Positions 38,923-52,503 of a stretch of 64,000 nt of DNA are shown here, in pieces (positions within the stretch are counted from its first letter, which is position 1; each line of letters opens with the position of its first letter). The translations under genes and the position numbers were made by a program. The DNA is from Patellaria atrata CBS 101060 (lineage: Eukaryota), in contig MU006089.1 of NCBI GenBank assembly GCA_010093705.1, positions 2,529,561 through 2,593,560 of the forward strand. Direction: 5' to 3'. The notes under the pieces were generated by a model. The model ran no database searches, was not told the DNA's origin, and worked only from the letters and a program-made list of their open reading frames with translations.

Positions 38923-39207
38923 ATAGGTAGGAGCAAATCTAATCACAAGGTATTTGTACAAGCAGGACCTGTTTCTACTACACGTTCAAGCCGGTATACT
39001 GTATGTAATACATAATGCATACAATCCTTAGAACTTCAACCTCAGGTTGACAAAGCCAAAATTAATGATATGACATTATTATGGCCCACAACACCCAGAT
39101 AATGCTGGTCTATCAGAGATAGCCATGACTAATAATACATTGTTTTCTCTTTACATATGCGCAGAATCGTTGAGATCATAATTCGAACTCATGCTTACAG
39201 AAGGGTA

Positions 39208-40442
39208 TCATCGTGCTTTCTTTTTCTCGGCTTTCCTTTCCTCCACTGCCGTACTTGTTCCCAGGGAAGACGGTTCGATCCTGATAGAACCCTCTGTACG
39301 TTGCCTCTCAAGTTCTATCATTGTATCTAGCATCATATCTCGTACTCGTTGTGCGAGGTCTGGGACATCTGCAGCTGTCATACCCTTTGTATGAATCGGT
39401 GGTAAGACTGTCTTAGGGTCAGTATATGAACAGACAAAGAAGTATTAGGAGAGGAGGATATCGAGTTTCGCCTTTACTCATTGAAAAACAAATTTTCCAT
39501 TTACCTTTTACAGGGACCTTTCCCCTAAGGAATAATTTCTTTTTCAAACTCAAGATGTGGCTGTAGTTTGCTACAACGCATGGCACGATTGGTACTTGAG
39601 CTTGTACTGCGAGATGAAACGCCCCTTTCTTGAAAGGTAAAAGTTCGGGTTTTGAGGCGTAAGAGCGAGTTCCTTCTGGGAAAATGTAAACATTCTGCCT
39701 TTCAGACTTCATATGCTTTACAGCTCCGTCGAATGCCGCACGAGCATTTGCGCTGTTCGCGCGATCGATAAAAACGGTTTTCGATAATACCACTAGAATC
39801 AATTAGCTCATGGACCCTATAGAGAGAGATTGCATTGGATAGACGTACTAAACCATCCAAGGAAAGGTAGATATTGTAACGATTTCTTTGCCGTAACGCT
39901 CGTATACGGCGGGAAGAGACAGCCAAGCATCAAGACGTCCATCTCTCTACACTCAATCCTCGTTAGTAGCCCATACATGATGGTTAAATTCACTCCGTCA
40001 CCAAGAATACACATCGTCTCAAACTACGCTACAGAATCTATATATGATACAAGTCTAGGAAAATGACGTACGTTTGATGGTTCCCTACGAAAATAGCTGG
40101 CCTCTCCTTAAGCGCACCGGCTTCGTCTATTATGACAAACTCGACCCCTACCGCCCAACCCATTACCCATTCGAACGCTTTTCCCACTGTCCATTGGCTT
40201 AACCCGCCATATCCTGTCAATCGTAGAGCTATTGAAGCTACGACTCCGTAACTCGCGCATACCATGAGAGCAAGCCATGAGGCGAGGAGGCGACCAAAGA
40301 ATGTAAAGAGATTCGCAAGAGACGGTTGGTCCCGCGGCGACCCGGTCATTCCTTGAATCAGCTCCGCCAGGGCATGGAAAAGGAATATTATAAGGATAAG
40401 GAGCACGAGAGGGTAGACAAGAAAAGTGAGGAGGAGTGACAT
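39208..40442 (-). CDS. SLC1: 1-acyl-sn-glycerol-3-phosphate acyltransferase, multi-exon
   Basis: GNHQT..D, AKKSL.Y.PFLGWF, VFIDR, FPEGTRS, PFKKGAFHLAVQAQVPIVP. Confidence 0.93.
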
Positions 40443-41089
40443 TGGCCCTGGGACCTTGTAGGAGTCAGGATTTAAGAAAAGATTGTCAGCCCTGTTCAAA
40501 CCCTCACTGAGACGTGAGGAGTACGAGCGAAGAAGGTAGTGTTTTAAATTGGCGGAGAATTCGTTGTCAAAATGAAGCCGAACAGAATAGTGGGGAGCAC
40601 GGGACCTGTTGGGAGCTCCAAAGCGGTGAGTAGAAACCCCACACCCCACCATCTTCCTTGCGGAGTACATTATAGAGTTTCCATCACGACTTTCATGATA
40701 TCTTTGCCCTGTGGATTAACCTCTAATTCGTATTATGTTCCAAAGTTATCTTACATCCAATGGTACTATCTCGTACATTTCTTCAAAGGTTCCATTATTC
40801 CTCTATTACTTCCCTTCGAGCTGCGCCGCTTACTTCCCTTAGTATTTCAAGTACTGATCAAAACGATTGCACAATGCGGAGATATACAGTATTATCTCAC
40901 AGGAATCCATTGCATTATAGACTAGCTGGATAAAGGGACACTCTCTGCTTTGTGGCGTGCTCTATGGGATATCTTAGGGGATCATCATACGGTTCAAATC
41001 TCTGCCACCGTGCTCCAGCCCGGCACACTATCGAACATAAAAATCGAACTTAATCATATACGACTGTCTCATACTGGACCTTGCTGGTA

Positions 41090-41504
41090 CTAGTTCGTTG
41101 CGGAATGGCTCGGTTGCACATGGCGTGTCTCAGTTGGGTGTGTCTGATATTGGCTTGCTCCTGGTGCTCCAGTATAATCCGTTGGCTGGACATCGCTAAC
41201 CCGTTGCGAGCGGTATTGATTCGTGTCTGGATGATTTGAGCTGTGGACTCTGCCAGTCTCCATCTCTTGCATGCCCTTTTCCGCGATTGCTTGATTCTTG
41301 GGCACACCCTCGTGACTACCCGCAGCTGAGTCAATCGCGGTCAAGGCATTCCCACGAAGGGCTTCTCCAGCTCCCTACGACATATGAGTAGAGTTCTAGC
41401 TCCGTTTAAAAGTAAGAGTTTACATGGACGAGTCCAGCAGTCTTCTTCACGGCATCTCCAAGCTTCTCCCCAGATCGACCTGCTCCTGATCCTGTCGTAC
41501 TCAT
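41090..41504 (-). CDS. Small hydrophilic fungal protein of the HGAGEALRG type (1 intron)
   Basis: Spliced product MSTTGSGAG...GLVH|GAGEALRGNALTAIDS...NQAIAEKG.QE. Confidence 0.75.
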
Positions 41505-41664
41505 GATTTGTATAGTTGAAGATTGAGAATATATATGAACGGTCTTAGAGTTCTAAGTGTATTTAGAGGTAGGTTTGAGGTTCGAGGGAAGCTTTCACTA
41601 ACACAACTAGCTATGTCTTAACTTCTGAAATAATAATGATGTGACCCAGACCTCTATCATCTTC

Positions 41665-41672
41665 TGACGTCA
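41665..41672. promoter_or_regulatory. Palindromic CRE (TGACGTCA), candidate Atf1/AtfA site
   Basis: Perfect palindrome about 160 bp upstream of the ATG at 41504. Confidence 0.45.
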
Positions 41673-42406
41673 TCTGAAGTGCCCCAATTGTGGCTTGGAA
41701 TATTTTGCTTCAAGCACAAACATGCTTCGTTCCACAGCACGTTAGCCTCATATCTTTAGGTAACGTCCCATTTGAAAGATAAGGGTATAATATTATCTCT
41801 CTGCTTAGCTCGGAAGTATAGAGACCTATTCTGGGATCAATGTCTGCGTCTAGGAGATCATGCACTCTAATAGATGGACCCGAATTCGGACCCAACTTAC
41901 CTCATTTCCTCGTATCTGATACCTGCAACGTACCACACGTCATCAGTTAATGTGTGCTCTTAATGGACCATTGTATCTCCACCGCCATATGGTTGTGGAG
42001 CAACCGTTGATACAACTGTAAATTTCAAATCAGTGCTGCTATCCTCGATAGCTCATATTGCAGAGGCGCCAAATATATGTGATTCAAGGAAAATAGGACA
42101 ATAGCAGTATGCTACCGCTACCTCCCCTGTGAAATGGCGGTTTCCTGCATCCAAAACCAATGGTATAACTCCGCGTATATTTCTTGTACAACCGTAAGAG
42201 CCAAATCCAGTAAGTCGTTGATATGGAAAGAGACGGGTCCTAGAAAACTATATCCAATTGCAAGGAGTAGTCGATGGGGGCAGATGTGAATGCGAGAGAT
42301 ATAACTGCGGCTTGTCGGCTAAGAATCCTGAAAGGTTAACTTTTCAAATCAGATCGATTGACCACCTTACTTTCCAAAGTGGGACCCATCATCCTTGTTA
42401 GCCATC

Positions 42407-43736
42407 ATGGATGCTGAGGTTGGGTTCGACATGGTGCCGAGGTTGTCTAAAGATGATATAGACTTGCGGAAATGGGCGTCCTTTTTGAATACTATCGAGG
42501 AGCTATACCGGGAAGAGGATACGGTTAAGATTGGGTCGAAATACATTATCTTGTGCGTGGGCGAGAATCCGTTGCTTCGATTTCCTGCCACAAGTTCTTA
42601 GGCTTTTGTTCGAAACTAATAAGGGAAGAAGGGAATGAAGCCGAGAGATATATCCGAACAGTTTTCAGGTTAGCAAAGCGAACGTTCGGCTCTTGTATAC
42701 AGTATTGGAACGAGCCTTCCGACATCACGGGTTTTACGATGGGAAAGAGGTCGATGCTTCTATCAAAAACTATTTCCAGGTAAGCAAGGATATAGAAACA
42801 TATGGCTCCACGATATCTGTTGACGTGTAATAGCCCGATGAATTGGATGCTTCGACCAGTACGGTTCGTGAGATGCCTGCTACCACTTCTACTGCTCCTA
42901 CTACTTGTAGCAGCGAACTGGATCTACCTCTATTTACAATTCAACCCGTACCACATAAGGGTAAAGGCCTCGTCACTCACTGTAACATCGCTAGAGGAAC
43001 GCGAATCCTTGCTGAAAATCCTCTTTTCATCTGTTCGACCTTGCAGGGAATGAGTAGCCTGGAAAGTGAGATTCCCTCAAAGCTAAAGAGCTTACCAAAG
43101 GACCAGCAACGACAATTCCTGTCTCTCCACAACAGTTACCCTACGAAATACCCCTTCAGCGGTATACAGAAGACGAACGCCCTACCCTGTGGACCCGACT
43201 CGATATTGAGCGATGTCTACCCTAATATATGTCTCATTAACCACAGTTGGTCACCAAATGCTCATCATAGCTGGAACAGTGACATGGGATATGAAATCAT
43301 TCACGCAATTCGTTCCATTAGTGTTGGTGAGGAAATCAAGTTCCTAGATAATTGGATTGGTGATTCACTTTGCGTGATGACAGTCCCAGAGAAATGCTTA
43401 GCGTACTGCTACACTCTGCTTAAGAATCTTCAGGCAGAGTTCGAGGACAGTACCCATGTACTCATCACGAGACTGTACTATGACGCATCCCAGATTGCCA
43501 TCACTCATGGAGATCAGGCCCGCGCAAGTATCTTTGCAAAAAGAGCTTATGAGACAAGAGTTGTATGCGAAGGAAAAGATAGTCCTGAGACGGGAGAGAT
43601 GAAATGTTGGATGATCACTCCAGCGAATCATAGGAACTTTGGCGCTTCTCGACGTTGGAAAACCACTAAGAAAATGGTTCCCAAGGGGACAAATCCTGAC
43701 CAATTCGAAGAATGGCTATGGAGACGAGGAAAGTAA
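42407..43736 (+). pseudogene. SET-domain (Set5/SMYD-like) lysine methyltransferase pseudogene
   Basis: GFDMVPRLS N-domain, KGKGL, NALP, INHSW.PNA and GEEI are present. Frameshifts occur at about 42586 and 42736, and the post-SET Tyr/Cys segment is missing. Confidence 0.8.
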
Positions 43737-44413
43737 TGCAAAGTTAGATATCACAGACTCTTAGGCAGTTTCTGAGTAGGCTTCTCTCATTTCATAGACT
43801 TGTACGGTATATCTGGTAACTTCTAGAATAGAAAAACATCCATGTTCAAACTAAGTTTTCCTCACTGGATATTCAACAATAGGCGTACAGAACATCAGTA
43901 TCGCTCTTTGCATTCAAGCTGTGAGATCCAGTGCACAAGATAATTCGAAGCGCAAAAGGGGTACACTGCGTCGTACCCAATATAAGATATCCGTATAAGT
44001 GATGTTCAAGGTGCGTTTTGCCGCCAGACACACGGGCTGTACATGTACCATTACCATAATGCATCTCAACAAAATGTACATCAATGACAGGGCTAAGGGC
44101 TGATGAGATGTACCGTACAAGCAAGAGCGAACGACGAACACCTCAGACAAGATCTAGGAACGATGTGTGTAGGAACAGATTAGACTATGAGCAAGCGAAG
44201 ATGGAATTACGATAATGATTGTCGAGTCTAAATTTAGTAGACTAGTGAGCAAAAGCATTTTATATGCATAAAATATTCGGGATAGACATTATCAGGTCCT
44301 GGTACGATGACATAAACGGGTATTTTACCCAAAACTCCTCCCGGTGTACAATCTTATCGCACAAAACGCCCAAGTATGCAACTAACCTTGAGAATCCATA
44401 TTGATATCACTGA

Positions 44414-45994
44414 TCATTCATCGTCATCTTCATCATCGAGATCTGTACGTTCTACAATTAGATTGCCGCTCCGCCCGATGCGTTCCTGAATGGTGCCTCC
44501 CCCTTCTAGCTCATACACTGCTCTTGGTACGGGCGAAACCAGCTGGAACTTGTACTCATGAATGTACCTTTCGGGCTTTTTGGCCTCAGATGCAACCTTC
44601 TCGGATTGCAGGACTTCATAACATTCAACAAAAGCGTACAGTTCTTCAAGTGGCAAGCTAGCAGCGAACCTTCGAACCACGCGTTCGCCATCGGGCATTC
44701 GCAAACTTATCCGTACCACATCCTTCACGCTTTTGTCCGGTTCAGGGACAATAGACTGCGCTCGCCATAACTTCCACTCTGCCAGGTTTCGCGCTTCCCG
44801 TTCAAAGGCTTCCTGCTTTTCTCTTGCTTCCAGCTCTTCCCGCCGTCTAGCTTCTTCAGCTTCTTTCTTTCGTCTTGCTCGCTCCCTATCTTGAGCTAAC
44901 GACCTCTGATATGCCGAGTTTTGTGCCTCACGAAGGTCACGGGAGGCTTGTTGTTCTGCGCGACTGGCTCTTATGCCATTAATTGCGCTGGAGTACTGAG
45001 TAATAGCTGACCTGACTTTAGATACCATTTCTGAGGGCGTGGTAGGGCCCGCTATACGCGCCACGAGTGACATGGAAGTTGAAGATATCGATGGGGTATG
45101 TACGATCACTCCTGCAAAAGGAAACTTTGTGCAGCTGAGTGCATTAGATACCTGATACGCTTCCGCATCCTGAACATTACCAGCCCAGAAAATGATGTTG
45201 TTTGCTGGATCTTTGAGAAAGTTCATCACTTCTTGAGATAATAGTGTTTTTTTCACCCAACTTGAAGTATCATCGTGTTCCATGGATAGTAGGACGACAA
45301 CGAGGAATTTGAGCTCCTTCTTGGCCAAATCAAAAGCTTGGGCGTAGCCATTCTCAAAGAATGGCAGTTCATTAGATCCATACTCTTCTTCAAACTCCCT
45401 TATGAATCTAGCCGCTGTGTCCCTTGTATTCAAGGGCCTTCGTCCACTGGTGTTTCTCCGAGCTGCCGAAGTACTATTACGCGCTGTAATCCGGGAGAAT
45501 AGTCTCGGAAGAAAGGGGAATAGATAGGCGAGGAGTCCAAATGACCTCGAGATTATACTATAGGCGATATTGAACGGCGCGAACAGAACCGAAAGCAGGA
45601 GTGGCGCCGGTCTCGCTACTTGGCTCTCCGGCTGTGGTACTATTCGGGGTGCAGGTTCTAGGGGGGAACTTGCGGATCTTGAACTGGAGGAAAATCCGTT
45701 TAATAATGTCTCCTGCCGCCTTATGTCTCGAGGTTGCGGAATTTCAGGAACAGACTCTGATGTGGGATCCGCTGGCTCGCCGTCGAAGAACCTCGCGATT
45801 GCAATCTATCAAAGGAATTTTAGCTAATGAAGAGTTAAGTGAGAGCCATATATACGCACCTGAACGTTCCACTGGCATCTTTGAAGTAGGGGTATAGCAG
45901 CTCCGAGATCCTGATCGGTTACTGAGGTGAACTGTTGCAGCGCCAGTTGCTGTGCTTCGCTGAGTGTACTAATATCTATAGCCGAATCGGCCAT
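44414..45994 (-). CDS. UBX2: UBA-UAS-UBX domain protein (Ubx2/FAF2-like Cdc48 adaptor), intron 45806-45859
   Basis: UBA-like WNVQ|IAIARFF, LPFFENGY..A..AK.ELKF, EQQ.SR.LRE.Q..AY..SL..D, and UBX R.PDGER.VRRF. Confidence 0.88.
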
Positions 45995-47143
45995 CCTTTG
46001 AATATATTGCGGACAGGGTTGGTTTTTAGAAATTCGGAGCGCAGAGAGGGATTAAGAAATCTTTAAGGGGAATGGTAGCCTTCTGTGTGTGGAAAGGTGT
46101 CTTGATCAGCCTTGCCTGGAATATGGGGCGATGACACGGTAAGGAAATAGAACAATGTCTCATCTGAAATGTATGGAGGGTCTTCGTGAAGCTGAGAGAT
46201 AGGTCAAATACTAAATTTTCTTAAATCAAAAAAGTGGCTCAGACTTTTGTCTTTATAGTTGAAGAAATTCGAGGTACATCCGCAGTATAGGTAGTGAAAT
46301 GAACTATGTAATCGTCCAATAACGGCGGAGCGTGGGGGCTTGATCCGGGTCCTCCTCGGGATAACCGCAGGTCTACCTTTATGCGACAACCTTGGATCGT
46401 TTAGAACTAAAGAGAAGCGGCGCGGCTTCTCCAGCTTCTTTGTACAAGTACCGTATACACCTGCGATCTACCTTACACCTTCCCAACCCTGAATATCCAT
46501 AGCCTTCGTGGTCGTTTTGAGGAATTGCTGATGGAGAGGAAACCGCCACCTTACGAAGAAGGTTATGTTGCTAGGAGTGAGAAAATGACTACTTTCGACC
46601 TTTAAGGTAGGGCACTATAATCGCGACGGAGATTCCTCTGCTCTGAATCATTGTCCCTCTTTAAGTTATTTTCATATAATTATCCGGCATATCAATCTTC
46701 AAGACTACAATGCATACGCTAACACTTCAGCGGGTAGTCTCTCATCCGCTATCTTAAGTCATACTGTCCTGTCCGTTGACCCAAGTGTGGCTCAACAACT
46801 TACTGGAAATCTCTCCTATCCGAGATTCATGCGCATAGCCAGCTTTATACATTACTAGGTGAAGAGGTTGGACACTGAAGGTCGTGTTTTTTCCGTTCGT
46901 TCCATCCGGATTCCTGAATAATCTCCAAGACGGTCAGCTTAGATTGTCTTACGGACACCTCAATTAAGAAATAGCTATACTATAAAACCAAAGGTTGGAG
47001 GAGTACTCTAAATAAAACTCCCCGCGAAGCATCTCAAGCGCAACAATTCCTGTTCTTTTTCATGGGTCAAGTAATAGGAGCCTATCGTTCATGAACCAAT
47101 TTTCCAACCTCTAATTGGGTACTATTCTTGAACTCCGGAACAT

Positions 47144-49414
47144 ATGGCCGCAGCTGGCGGTAACGGGGGCGGTTCGAATGATGCACGTCGTGGAATATCT
47201 TCCCCAAGACCGAAAGGGCGTGATAATGCCAAAAACACTCTATGTCGGAATGTAACAATATTTGGACATTGCAAGTACGAAAACTCCGGTTGTGCCTATA
47301 ACCATGACACAAGCAAGGCCAATACCGCCAATAATACAACAAAGCAAAGATTCAATGTTGATTCTCCTTCTTTTACACCACTACAGCCGGCCACAAATGG
47401 CGCAATTAGTGCCGTTAGAAGCGCAACAATCTCCCCTAAAGCTGTAAATGCTACGGTCTTTACGCCCAAAGCAGTAAAATCGCTCACTCCTACTCCGCAA
47501 TCATACCCTAAAGACTCTTCCTCCGATTGGAGTGCTCATGACTTCCAAGATTTTGTGCCTCAAAGTTATGACCCCTCACAACTGGTAGGTTGTCTATTTG
47601 TCTCTAGAGAATAATGAATCCAGTCATCCTCGGCTTTCAACATTACACAACTTGTAGAATCTATTAATACTTATATATACGCAACCGCTATACTCTTTGG
47701 TTTGTTGTTGTTATATTGCCTATATACATTGTCACTGTGACCTATTCAAAAGTTCCGCTTCTGCTCGATTGATATTTGAACTGATATCTTGTAGGCAGAT
47801 CCGAACGCTACAGCTAGCTTAATAAACGGATACGATCCGTTCAATGTCCAGTCAACACTGTCTGCGCTACCAGCTACGAATCATCAAGCTCAACTCAACC
47901 CATACTCCACCGAAACGTCCACACTTGGAGGAGCAGCTTATTTTCAAAATTCAAATAGTTTTGCTCAACCACTCCAGTACCACGCGTATTTCCCACTGGG
48001 CCCGCACAGAGAGAATCTACTGGCATATCAACGAACCGCTCATGATTTCTTCATCTCTGATCATTTACGGGATGATTTGCAACGCAAAGCAGAAGCGTCA
48101 CGTCAGATCCTTCCCAGCTCCACTCTACCGGCTCAAATAGAGCATTTTCATTCACTCGTGCCGTTAGATACAAATAATCGCCCAAATGCGTCGACATTCG
48201 GTTATCCAAGCTGGGTGTACAAAGCTGTTTCCAGTAAAGATGGTTTCACATATGCTTTACGCCGCCTCGAGGGTTTTAGGCTCACTAATGACAAAGCGAT
48301 AAAAGCAATACAACCGTGGAAACGGATCAACAATGGATCAATCTGTACTATCCATGATTGTTTTACCACACGAGAATTCGGGGATAGCTCTCTTATATTG
48401 ATAACGGATTATCATCCTCTATCAAAAACACTCCAAGAGACTCATCTGAACCAACAAGGTCATCGTTTTCATGGTGGGCGCCAGCGCTACCACGATCAAT
48501 CGAATCTTATCCCGGAGCAGACAATCTGGGGCTATGTAGTCCAGATAGCCTCGGTGCTGAAAGTAATCCACGGCACCAACCTTGCTGCTCGTGTCCTTAT
48601 ACCATCTAAAATGATTGTTACATCCAAGGGAAGAATACGACTTACTGGATGTGGTATTCAAGATGTGACTATGTACGACACTTCCCGACCCGTCTCTGAT
48701 CTCCAGCAAGAAGATCTTGTGAACTTAGGCCGTCTAATCCTTTCCCTGGTCGCACCAAACCACAATACCACTACCAACCCACAGAAAGCATTAGATACCT
48801 TGAACCGTACCTATTCGGAACGGTTAAGAGAGGCGGTTACTTGGCTTCTCAACCCCGCCCCGCCACCTTCGACACCGACCAGTCCTACCGGCGGTGCAGC
48901 ACTAGGCATCAAGGACATTGACACATTTCTCCAGGGTATTGCAGCACAGATAGTGACCGTTCTGGATAATACGTTTCACGCCGAAGACACTTTGATGTCT
49001 AGCCTGTCTCGTGAACTCGAAAATGGCCGCCTTGTCCGGCTACTGACAAAATTGGGCTTTATAAATGAGAGGCCTGAATATGAAAGCACGGGTGGCCCGC
49101 ATCATCCCCCCGGTCATCCCAATCACCATTCTACCAATAACCAGTGGTCAGAGACTGGCGATAGGTACTACTTGAAGCTTTTTAGGGACTATGTATTTCA
49201 TCAGGTCGACTCGGAAGGCAGACCGGTGGTAGACTTAGCGCACGTACTCTCCTGTTTGAATAAATTGGATGCAGGTAGCGACGAGAGGATTAGCTTGGTC
49301 AGTCGAGATGAGCAGAATGTTATGGTTGTCAGCTATCGAGAGCTCAAGAGGGGAATTGAAGGCGCGTTTCTTGAGTTAAGTAAGGGTGGAGGTGCTACGG
49401 GAAGGAGGCGATGA
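47144..49414 (+). CDS. PAN3: PAN2-PAN3 deadenylase subunit Pan3 (1 intron at about 47586-47797)
   Basis: CCCH finger CRN..I.G.C.Y...GCAYNH, PAM2-like FNVDSPSFTP, pseudokinase region, and ELENGR...WSETGDRY.LKLFRDYVFHQ. Confidence 0.96.
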
Positions 49415-50501
49415 ATGAGGTGAGGAATATGCGGCACAATAGAGGTTAACTTGACGGTGTTCTATTATTAGGCTCGTTGTGCGAAAAGAAGAGTGGAAGC
49501 TTGATCTCTCTGCGCTATGCAGTTCAAGTAAAGAGCAGGTGATGTTGTTGCTCGTCGTTAGGATAGTGGGTTTAGGTAAGTTTAAGAATCATATCAATAA
49601 GAGTTGAATTATTACAAAACTGTCCCTCTCAAAAGAAGTAAAAATGATCAGTAATACACGTCATCTAGTCAAAGGTACAAGCTGCAATACTCTGATAGAA
49701 GTTGACACTTTATACTCCTATATTCCCCCTTTCCATGGCGTGAGTACCGTTATGGTTGACGGAACAAGGAAAGATCTAGCTTTACTCGGTACGGCAGGCG
49801 AATCGGACCTTTCGCGCAAGAAAGCCATTACGGAGGTATCTCCCCAAAGTCTCTTCTCGCCGCCCTGGTCTAAATAAAACCGGCAAAATTTCAACCCCCT
49901 AGAAGCAGGGGGGTAGCATGGTAAATAATTAGGTAGTCTTATCGATAGGTAGCACGGAATGTTTGGGGGTTGGGAGCCTAAGACCACCTATATCTTTGGC
50001 GTGCTTGCGCCCCTTTTTCCAGGTGCTAATATTCTGCCGGTTCTTTCAGATCAGGGCGGTGGGTCAGGGCGGTAAGAAGAATTGGGGTAGATACCTCCAT
50101 AGAGCTGATTGCACACTGACGTGATGTACGAAGCTCAGAGCTGGTGAAGGTCTAGGTACTGTACAATATCCGACAGGGGCAAATCTGTACTGTGTTACAT
50201 AGTGATCGAGCATCCCTACTACATTCGTTCCAAAAACCGAAATCTATGATTCTACCGTGAGTTCGTTGGGTGGTCAGGCTTTGAAATCGACGACGAATTT
50301 CCCGTTCGCACAACCGAAAATCATCGTTTGCATACAATCTACGTATGCGATCATGGAGGGGAATGACGCTTTTGCACCTTCCTATTTAAAGGCGTCATTA
50401 CCCCCCTAATCGTATCTCCTCCCTTTGCCCCGCAAATTCATTTTAAAGAACCCAACTTCACCATCAACATCCCAAACTACGTAACTTCAATTGACGCCAA
50501 A

Positions 50502-51717
50502 ATGCCCGTTGAATCCAAGTATGATCCCAAGGATATGCATTTCCGTCACCTAGGCCCCAGTGGCTTGAAGGTTTCAGTGTTCTCTCTCGGAGGTTGGCTT
50601 ACCTATGGAGGGTAAGTGACGACGAATCTCTTTCACCGGCTACGTTTCTGACGGGTTTTTACAGGACGCAAAAGGGCAATATCGTGAAAGAGATCATGCA
50701 AGCTGCATGGGACCACGGTGTCAACTTCTTTGACACAGCCGAAACCTATGCCACTGGCGATAGTGAGGTTGAGATGGGAGCTGCGTTGAAGGAACTTGAC
50801 TGGCCGAGAGACGAGTACGTCCTCTCAACAAAGGTATCCGCTTCTTCATCAACCAGAACAACGTATATTCATACGGCACCCTAACTCTACTTTAGATCTT
50901 CTTCGGTACAGGTCGCAAGGAGCCTAACACTCGAGGACTATCTAAGAAACACGTTGTTGAGGGCCTCAAGAGTTCACTGAAGAGGTTGCAGCAACCATAT
51001 GTGGATATCGTTCTCGCACATCGGCCTGATGCCGCGTATGTAACCTTGATCCCACCTTTAAAATTCCTTTCACTGATTTGCAACAGCACTCCGATGAAGG
51101 AGATCGTAGAAGGCTTCACTCAAGTAATTCGGAATCTCAATCTTGCGTATTACTGGGGTACATCTGAATGGTCTGCTGTTCAAATCCAAGAGGCCATTAT
51201 GATCGCCGAGAAGTATAATCTTATTGCTCCTATTGCCGAACAGCCCCAATATAACGCCTTCCATCGACAGCGCTTCGAAGTTGAATACGCTCCTCTCTAT
51301 AAAAAGTACCAATACGGTACTACAGTCTGGAGTCCGCTCGCCTCTGGATTGTTGACTGGTAAATACAATGATGGCATCCCGGAGGGCTCACGATTTGCCA
51401 ATCACGCCGAATTTTTCAGTGACACGGTCAAGTCACTCCAGAATCCGGAGGGAAAAGCAAAGATCGAGAAAGTACGAAAGCTGACATCTATCGCGGAGAA
51501 GCTGGGCGGCAATACCACGCAATTAGCCCTCGCATGGGCAGCGAAGAATCCCAACGTCAGCACTGTTATTCTAGGTGCAAGCAAGCTTGAACAAATCCGC
51601 GACAACCTAGGAGCTGTGAAGTTATTAGACAAGCTAACACCTGATGTTATGGAGGATATTGAGAAGATCTTGGACAACAAGCCTGTCCAAAACCCGACTT
51701 ACGGCAGGGATAGGTAG
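50502..51717 (+). CDS. Aldo-keto reductase, voltage-gated K+ channel beta-subunit type, 3 introns
   Basis: [50 protein letters not shown]. Confidence 0.94.
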
Positions 51718-52503
51718 GCACTTTGTAAGGCGCTCAATGAATGAATGAGATACGACACATTGCAGCAAAATTGGTAGCTATACTGATCATCAACAGATTC
51801 AGGGTGTATCAGAGAAGAAAAGCTAAACTCTAGACTGATAGATAGTATATTATATCAAAACCTCAATATCACGCATTGCGCAACAGCAAACATCTGCTCA
51901 CTAGCTCCACCGATACATACGTATAGAATGAATATTGTATTACCTTTCATGTTCCAGTTGAGATGTCCGAGGATTGAGTTTGATCTCATATATTTCATTG
52001 ATTGATTTTTGTTTAATGTCTGATACGGTCCCTTTAAGAAGGTCCATGCAAACTGAGCTATGCTAAGTAAAAAGTCATTATAAAGATGGGGGGAAAAGCT
52101 ATATGTTGACCACGTCGCTCGGGGGGATCTCATAGATTTAGAGGAGAATCTCAACTGGGAACGAACTATATAAGGTAATTTGTGTAGGTCAACACCCTGA
52201 ATGTTCTGGCCAATCATTTGCAAGCCTAGGTTGACTAAGCGATAGTCATATCCGACCTACCTCAATTTGTAGATAACCACAAAAGGCAGCCTGATCGATT
52301 GCACCATGTCCAAAAGCAAAGCAGGCAACCACGCTCATCGCTAACAATTTAAGAAATCCTTCAATAATATGGCGTCTTTGACTCACCATTTTCCACAAAG
52401 CACATAACCTAGTTTGAACTAACAACCACGGCTTTGACCCTTTATATAAGTCCATACCTGACCATATCAACCACTATCTGACATCAAACTCCATATTCTC
52501 ACC

